Shown: piece after piece, positions 25,983-32,000 of the stretch | How the letters are laid out: each line of letters begins with the position of its first letter | How positions within the stretch are numbered: the stretch's first letter is position 1 | Assembly (NCBI GenBank): GCA_030149205.1 | Contig: JASBSB010000001.1 | Span: 390,001 to 422,000 of the forward strand | Length of the DNA: 32,000 nt | Origin: Candidatus Heimdallarchaeota archaeon | GTDB taxonomy: Archaea > Asgardarchaeota > Heimdallarchaeia > Heimdallarchaeales > Kariarchaeaceae | Reading direction: 5' to 3' | Position numbers and translations under genes: made by a program | The notes under the pieces: generated by a model | The model's database searches: none | Told to the model about the DNA's origin: nothing | Seen by the model: the letters and a program-made list of their open reading frames with translations, nothing else

Positions 25983-27128
25983 TTAAACAGAGAGTAATAC
26001 ATCAAAACTAATTAGTTGAATAATCACAATACATACTCCTTCGAAAAGATCTAGTTTTAAATCATCCTTCATCAACATGTTCACAAATAAAAGGATAGCA
26101 CCTGACATAACTATCTGAACAATGGCAAAGGTATCAAAATAGATATGACCACCCATAGTGTAAACAATAATAGTTACTAATCCAATCATAAATAGAATAA
26201 CAGCAGAAATTGATGAAAGTACACTTCCGAATATCAGTTCTGGATCATCACGGGCATTGTATGCAACTGCCCATTCGGGTAATGACCCTAACAGACCAAT
26301 AGCTAAAGCTATAATACTAAGACTGAGATGAAAACCACTTACCTCAGCTTCATGAATTAACATTTCTGCACCCGAAGCTAATAGTTCACCAGCAAAAACA
26401 ATTCCGACAATGCCGAAAATCAAAAACTTAGCTATGTTTTGATTTGAAAAAGCGGGATGGCTCTTAACTAATTTTTTTTGTTCCTCAGACAGTGGGGGGT
26501 TGATCTCTTTATCAGTTGCGACGAAAACAATATAAAATACGTAAATTAATACTGTACCAACTGAAAACAACACTGGTATCTCCACACCCTGATGTAGGAT
26601 CCCTAATCTGATATTCTCTGCAAAATTGAACACAAAGAGAAAAATAGAAGTAATGAATGCGATCATCATTAATTCTGATTCATACCTGAGAGTTGTTAGG
26701 GGAACTTTAATTGATCCTTTTTTAAGAGTCTTAATAATAATTACTATTCCAAATAGAAGAGTATTAGCCCCAGTCACAACCAAAACAGAAAGTATGGCTA
26801 ATTCCGTGTTTCCACCAATAATCAACAGCAATGCGAGAACTAATTCGGGTAGATTTGCCATAATTGAGCCTATCACACCTGCTGCATATGTACCCACCCC
26901 TATTCTTTTTGCAAGTAGGGTTAAACCTTCCACAGCCCATTCACTTGGTTTAATAATTGCCCAGAGAGCAATCCCAAAACCTGTAATTGCGATTATGATT
27001 GGACGAATACCTAAATGTCCAGGGGTAAGCCTTACAATAAAATAGGCAACAATTGCAATTGCAGCAACAAATAATTCAATTTTTCCCAGATGAAGGGAGG
27101 TTGGATATTCACTATCATCCATACTCAA
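25983..27128 (-). CDS. CaCA-family cation exchanger (Na+/Ca2+ or Ca2+/H+)
   Basis: About 10 TM segments, with alpha-1 repeat GSIMANLPEL and alpha-2 repeat GLLGSLPEW. The start could be ATG 27122. Confidence 0.88.
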   Translation of the reverse strand: MSMDDSEYPTSLHLGKIELFVAAIAIVAYFIVRLTPGHLGIRPIIIAITGFGIALWAIIKPSEWAVEGLTLLAKRIGVGTYAAGVIGSIMANLPELVLALLLIIGGNTELAILSVLVVTGANTLLFGIVIIIKTLKKGSIKVPLTTLRYESELMMIAFITSIFLFVFNFAENIRLGILHQGVEIPVLFSVGTVLIYVFYIVFVATDKEINPPLSEEQKKLVKSHPAFSNQNIAKFLIFGIVGIVFAGELLASGAEMLIHEAEVSGFHLSLSIIALAIGLLGSLPEWAVAYNARDDPELIFGSVLSSISAVILFMIGLVTIIVYTMGGHIYFDTFAIVQIVMSGAILLFVNMLMKDDLKLDLFEGVCIVIIQLISFDVLLSV

Positions 27129-27223
27129 GCAACTTTATTGTATTCAAAGAGTTTTCGAGAGAATATTAAATGAAAGCAACAAATAATATATAGGTGAAAG
27201 GAAGAAGTAGTTAGAAATTAAAG

Positions 27224-28831
27224 ATGAGATACCAAAGAATTCAGGTTGTATTAGTATTTTTCACGGTACTGGCACTCATGTTTTATGATGAATCCTTGAT
27301 ACGAATAATTTATGATATTACTAATGTTTCATTGATTTTTTATGTAATATGTGGGAATTATTTCCTTATTGAGCGCTTGACCAGACAAAGATTGCAACCC
27401 GTGCTCATTTCCCAAATATTAATGATTCTTCTAGGTCAACTTTCGCTTGGATTTTTGACGGTCACAGGTGTTCAACTCTTCTACAAAATATCTCCTTTTC
27501 TTACGACAGTTATTGAGCTTGTGGTATTGTTTTTTATAACCTATGAAATAGTCATTCAGTTTACAAAAAGAAATCTGATAAATAAGTCCAGCTTACTATT
27601 TTTCAACAAACCACACTATAGCCTTAAGAAAATGCACCTCACCATCTCTGGCCTGTTCCTCTTTATTTTATTGTTCTATGTAGGTAGCTCAGTCAATGAT
27701 ATTAGGGAAATTCTTGTGCTAATGGGAATCTTTGTGGCTGTAAACTTACTCTCTTATAGAATATTATTCTCTTATTTTTGGTCAAATCAAGATGGAGTTG
27801 CTATCCCGAAAATTTTCACAGGAAATTCAACTGAGAGTTTCCTGGCTGTAATTAAATCAGCTGGGTTACACTGTTTAGAAAATTCCTCAATGGTAGACTC
27901 TCTACAATGTCTAGACAAGTTGACCATCAAAATTAAAGAACAACTCAACATTCCAAAAAATTACCAAGAAAACACTCAAGAATTCACCTACAAGGAACTC
28001 TTCCAGATGTTTGAATCAGCAAAGAACTTTGAATTGACAGCAGACACATTTTGGAACCTTTTATCAGAAAAGCAACTATTCATTCTGTTAAATTATCAAA
28101 GAGCTCAATCCCTAAGAATTATTTCTGAACTAAATTACCTATTAAGGTTGTGGGGAGAAAAAAATATGGTTGGAGTCAGTTTATTAAAATCATTGTTAAT
28201 ATACAGATTACATAAATGGAAGCTCTATGGGAGGTTACCACCATATCTACATACCTTACTTATTGAATCAATTCTAACATTATCTTTGCTTAAAGACTCA
28301 TCTTCGGAGTTAACTAACATGATTGAATATGAAATTCAACACAGAAAGCAAGGTTTTAGGAGGCTAATTCTATTGTCAAAAGGACCTTATTCGAGATATA
28401 ATCAACTTATTGAACCAATTTATTTTAATTATCTTTGCTTTTATGGAGAAAAAGGAGCACGATACCTAAACCATTTATGCACTCAAGACACACCAAATAC
28501 GAGTATAATAGGCTCAAAAGCCCACCAAAGGTTAGATAACTATTTTGATAATATGGTCAAGATATACATCGGTTCTGAAAGCAGGAAAATATTGGGAGAA
28601 GCACCAAATTTCCCATTAGTAGAATTTGAAGGTTATATTTTTAACATAGAAGAACCAATTACACCTGAGAAAATTAGATCCTTCAGAGATGATTTCACTC
28701 ACCTTATTATAAAAGAAAAAAAGCATATAGCTTCAAAACCAAATTGGGTAAAGGATTTAAATGACAAATCAAAGATAATGACAAAGGAACAAAAAAAACT
28801 TTACTTAGAAAAATGGTTGAAAACAGAATAA
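27224..28831 (+). CDS. Hypothetical membrane protein (about 5-6 N-terminal TM, large helical C-terminal domain)
   Basis: 535-aa ORF with a hydrophobic first ~190 aa. No family was recognised. Confidence 0.75.
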   Translation: MRYQRIQVVLVFFTVLALMFYDESLIRIIYDITNVSLIFYVICGNYFLIERLTRQRLQPVLISQILMILLGQLSLGFLTVTGVQLFYKISPFLTTVIELVVLFFITYEIVIQFTKRNLINKSSLLFFNKPHYSLKKMHLTISGLFLFILLFYVGSSVNDIREILVLMGIFVAVNLLSYRILFSYFWSNQDGVAIPKIFTGNSTESFLAVIKSAGLHCLENSSMVDSLQCLDKLTIKIKEQLNIPKNYQENTQEFTYKELFQMFESAKNFELTADTFWNLLSEKQLFILLNYQRAQSLRIISELNYLLRLWGEKNMVGVSLLKSLLIYRLHKWKLYGRLPPYLHTLLIESILTLSLLKDSSSELTNMIEYEIQHRKQGFRRLILLSKGPYSRYNQLIEPIYFNYLCFYGEKGARYLNHLCTQDTPNTSIIGSKAHQRLDNYFDNMVKIYIGSESRKILGEAPNFPLVEFEGYIFNIEEPITPEKIRSFRDDFTHLIIKEKKHIASKPNWVKDLNDKSKIMTKEQKKLYLEKWLKTE

Positions 28832-28834
28832 TAA

Positions 28835-28931
28835 TGGACGGTTGGGGAATTTCATCTGGTTTTAACCAAATTTTGAACCCCAGGCCTCTTCCACGCCAAG
28901 GAAGCGATCTACCGGTCTGATCTAACCGCCC
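28835..28931 (-). tRNA. tRNA-Ala (anticodon GGC) with a 23-nt intron at 59/60; CCA not encoded
   Basis: Acceptor GGGCGGT/ACCGTCC with G3:U70 and A73, D stem GATC/GATC, anticodon stem CTTCC/GGAAG with loop TTGGCGT, T stem TGGGG/CCCCA. Mature length is 74 nt. Confidence 0.96.
28849..28871 (-). other. BHB tRNA intron in the T-loop (59/60)
   Basis: TGGGG-TTCA-AAA-TTTGGT-TAAA-ACCAGA-TGAA-ATT-CCCCA forms a 4-bp central helix TTCA/TGAA with two 3-nt bulges. Splicing restores TTCAAAT. Confidence 0.93.
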
Positions 28932-29410
28932 AAATAAGTATTCTCATCTCAATTTCTGTTTATTTATTATTTCCGAAAGATAACATCAATATTCTATGTT
29001 GTGAAACTATCTAATTTTTTATTTTTGTTGTTCGATCTTTGCTATAGTTGTTGAGTAGTGAAATTTACTAAATTTGTTGCTCAATTTTTTTTTGTTAGAG
29101 ATAAATTTTGAGTAACCTTAGCCATTTAATATATAATAATTTTAAATTTTAATCCTGTTGAATCTGGTCATCAAACATTTCAATAATTTTATAATTTTGT
29201 TAGACTAATACTTAAGTAAAATACAAAATGCGATTTTGACAAAAAGAGTTCAATTTGCCTTAAATCAATGTTGTTATAACCAAATTTCTATGTTGAAACA
29301 TAAAGTGAATTGCTTTAAGAGTAAACAAGCCCTATTATGTCGAAATAAATTTATAATCAGATAATAACTCATTCAAATTTATTCATCCATCAATATTCTG
29401 GAAATAAAAT

Positions 29411-30022
29411 TTAAATTTTAACAGTTTCTATACAAACTATAATTTTTTCGAACTCTTTGTAAATTTTATGACTTGAAGTTACAAATTCTAATAGTTCCTT
29501 GGATTTTTGTTCTAATTGAAATTCTGACGGATTGCCTTGAGCAAGGTGAAAATAATCTGTAACTAATTCATTAGCAGACGTAGTAGTTTGCTCTACAGCA
29601 TCAATGACTGATGTTATCTTCCCAAGGCTAATTTTGCTGTAATTTTTAATTCTGTCCATAAAAAGGTTAAACTTAAACCTATACTCATTAATCTTGGTAT
29701 TAGCATTCAAATACTCTCTTTTAGACATTTTCATATTTTCCACTACAAAATTTGATAACACCAGCTCATGGAATTGTGAAATTAACTTATACACCTCTAT
29801 TAGCAAATCATTTTTTATTTCTTTTTCAGATTTTATTAATTGGAAATTTGAAATACCTAATTTTGCAAATTCCCATGTTAGATATATCAATAAAATATTG
29901 ATATATAACCTCAATAAAAGTTCAATCATCATTCTATCAAGTATTTTCCAAATATAATAATCTAGTAAGATTGGGGTTATTGTAAAAATACTAAATACAG
30001 CAAAATACAATTTACTTTTCAT
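29411..30022 (-). CDS. Hypothetical protein with N-terminal TM segments and a helical C-terminus (AT-rich)
   Basis: 203-aa ORF. No family was recognised. Confidence 0.6.
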   Translation of the reverse strand: MKSKLYFAVFSIFTITPILLDYYIWKILDRMMIELLLRLYINILLIYLTWEFAKLGISNFQLIKSEKEIKNDLLIEVYKLISQFHELVLSNFVVENMKMSKREYLNANTKINEYRFKFNLFMDRIKNYSKISLGKITSVIDAVEQTTTSANELVTDYFHLAQGNPSEFQLEQKSKELLEFVTSSHKIYKEFEKIIVCIETVKI

Positions 30023-30412
30023 AATTTAATTTTTTTTTATTAAGCTTATAAACTTACATTGTTAAAAAAAAATTGCTCTACCCGATCATTCGTAATTGAA
30101 TTAATAATGTTTACATTTTTATATTATTATTCAGCAATTACAAAGGAAAATTAATTTAGCTCTTGATTTTATCCTCTTTTCCTCTGTTTATAATACCCTT
30201 CAATTAATGGAGGGTTAACTAGAATTGTAAAACTCATACTAAGGTATAGGTCAAATCTATATCTAAAACAATTTATGTTGCGTTCATCGAAACTCAAAAA
30301 TTATATTAATCAACCTTTAAAATATAAATTTTAGTTTAAATTGAAAGAAGAGACTACATCAATGAAGGGCAACAACATCGTTAATATCCAGACATAAATT
30401 ATTATCTGCATT

Positions 30413-31360
30413 TTATATCAAACTTTTACATTTATTTCCAAATTTCTTTTTATTAAATTCCAAATAACCCCTCGTTTCTGGTTCTTCTAAAGATAATTTT
30501 GTTGTCGCTAAAACTTTAACTTGACTTGGTATTTTTGGAATTCTGTAATCTATACCTTCAATCTTATCAATGTTAAATTTAGTTCCGGTACTAGTAATTT
30601 CTAAGAAATTCTTAAAACTATCGCTATCAAAAATATTTACTAACTGTTCAAAAAGCTCAGGAAAATTAATTTGTTTATTTAGTTTCTGAATTTTTATTCC
30701 AGCTCCTATTAAGGAAGATCTTTGGATACTTGGTTTATTAATAGCTACTTCAAGTTGATTTCTAGCTTTAATTAGTTGAACTAATTCATCAGGAATAGAT
30801 GTGAAAAACAAACGATCTATTCCAATATTTAAATCGAACACTACATCATCCACTTCAAATTTCGAATAAGTTTGTTCCATTAACTTTACATCACGAATAG
30901 AACACATTAACCAATGTGATTCTATTTGATCGTTGGTTTTATCTTTATCAATTGAACTCTGAACTTTAACTAATTCATCCAAGTATGTTGGAGATAATTT
31001 TTGACCAAAAGTAATACGGTATTTGCTTGCTTCTGGTATCATTGAAACTGGAAATTCCCAAGTTTCATTTTTATCAATCCATTGATTATTATCTATGTCC
31101 TTAAAATTACCTGCTTCTAGTTTTGGTTTGACTGAAAAAATATCTTTCGACACAGCTAGTGTCCTTCCTTTGATTGTTGAATCATAAATAGGCCCCTCTA
31201 GTAAGTATGAGTAAATTGCTTGTTGATTTTTGTAATTAATTTGCATTGATTTGGCTTGTGGGTCTAATTTTTTTAAGTCATTCTGGAATTTTGGGGGAAG
31301 AGAGCTTAACCTTTTAGCTTCATCCCTAGCTTCCTTCCTTTTTTGTTGTCTACTTTTCAT
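30413..31360 (-). CDS. Hypothetical protein
   Basis: 315-aa ORF with a basic N-terminus, directly abutting the upstream ORF. Confidence 0.7.
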   Translation of the reverse strand: MKSRQQKRKEARDEAKRLSSLPPKFQNDLKKLDPQAKSMQINYKNQQAIYSYLLEGPIYDSTIKGRTLAVSKDIFSVKPKLEAGNFKDIDNNQWIDKNETWEFPVSMIPEASKYRITFGQKLSPTYLDELVKVQSSIDKDKTNDQIESHWLMCSIRDVKLMEQTYSKFEVDDVVFDLNIGIDRLFFTSIPDELVQLIKARNQLEVAINKPSIQRSSLIGAGIKIQKLNKQINFPELFEQLVNIFDSDSFKNFLEITSTGTKFNIDKIEGIDYRIPKIPSQVKVLATTKLSLEEPETRGYLEFNKKKFGNKCKSLI

Positions 31361-31987
31361 TTAAATTCCTCTTATATTCATTATCAGATCTTTATCTTCG
31401 AATTTGGGATTTTTAACCAAAAATTTTACCATCCCCGTTTTGTTTCTTCGATTATCTTGGACATCAACTGCAAACTCAATTGGCTCATACACATTTCCAA
31501 GGAGATCTTTATAGGTGAATTCGTAAATTAATTTATTAAGTGGGGTTTCCAGATCATTAGGTATAGTTGCGTAGGTTTCTCGAAGTGAAATGCGATCTGT
31601 GGGGTTTGTACTTGTGATTTCATTCATTACATTTGCTAACATAACTCCTAACCTTTTGAGAAATTCACTTGATGGGATGTTAGCTATCCATTTATTAATC
31701 GTTATTTTCATTAATTCTTCATTTTCATCTTTAAATTTATTTCCAACCGCTATTTCGCCTATCTTTTTTGATACTCTTTTAAGGGTTTCTTCAAAATCTA
31801 CTAACCGAGCACCGGAAATATCTTTTTCGTCTAATTTGTCATCATTAGATTTACTTTGAAAATACCCTAAGTTATACATCTCTCTTATTAACGATTCTTC
31901 AACAGAATATGATTTGGAGATCAGTTGGCCAAGATGTGTTTTGACCTTGATTTCAGGTTTAACATCACCAAATCCACTATACTGCAT
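31361..31987 (-). CDS. Hypothetical protein
   Basis: 208-aa ORF whose stop is directly adjacent to the next ATG, suggesting translational coupling. Confidence 0.65.
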   Translation of the reverse strand: MQYSGFGDVKPEIKVKTHLGQLISKSYSVEESLIREMYNLGYFQSKSNDDKLDEKDISGARLVDFEETLKRVSKKIGEIAVGNKFKDENEELMKITINKWIANIPSSEFLKRLGVMLANVMNEITSTNPTDRISLRETYATIPNDLETPLNKLIYEFTYKDLLGNVYEPIEFAVDVQDNRRNKTGMVKFLVKNPKFEDKDLIMNIRGI

Positions 31988-32000
31988 TATAACAAAGAAA

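Noticed and set aside
1-32000. CRISPR arrays, rRNA genes, IS elements/transposases
   Set aside because: I saw no regularly spaced repeats, rRNA-like GC-rich stretches, transposase motifs or terminal inverted repeats.

Overview
This is a gene-dense, AT-rich archaeal chromosomal window. The archaeal FEN1, TrmB and QueC, the BHB-type tRNA introns, and several eukaryote-signature-like modules (longin, Urm1-like, PCI-like, Regnase-like NYN, WH2-like repeats) point to an Asgard archaeon, possibly Heimdallarchaeia; this assignment is inference. I can support about 30 CDSs. They cover housekeeping and metabolism (amidohydrolase, HAD phosphatase, sulfite-oxidase-like Mo enzyme, M20 and M24 peptidases, acyl-CoA carboxyltransferase, CaCA exchanger), DNA repair (FEN1, Fpg, DUF72) and many orphans. 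Reading outside the ORF track added three things: a window-truncated group II truncated haemoglobin (1..196), two tRNA-Ala genes (CGC and GGC) that each carry a perfect bulge-helix-bulge intron at the non-canonical T-loop position 59/60, and a 56-codon N-terminal extension of the large Hsp70-like protein. The top candidates for a new system are: (i) a protein with a helical N-terminus, a Pro/Gly-rich linker and tandem LxSV repeats resembling a WH2-type actin regulator (23721..24740); (ii) the paired T-loop tRNA introns; (iii) a 7TM-longin fusion (8362..9408). I found no CRISPR array, rRNA, transposase or integrase. All family calls come from motif recognition by eye; no searches were run.
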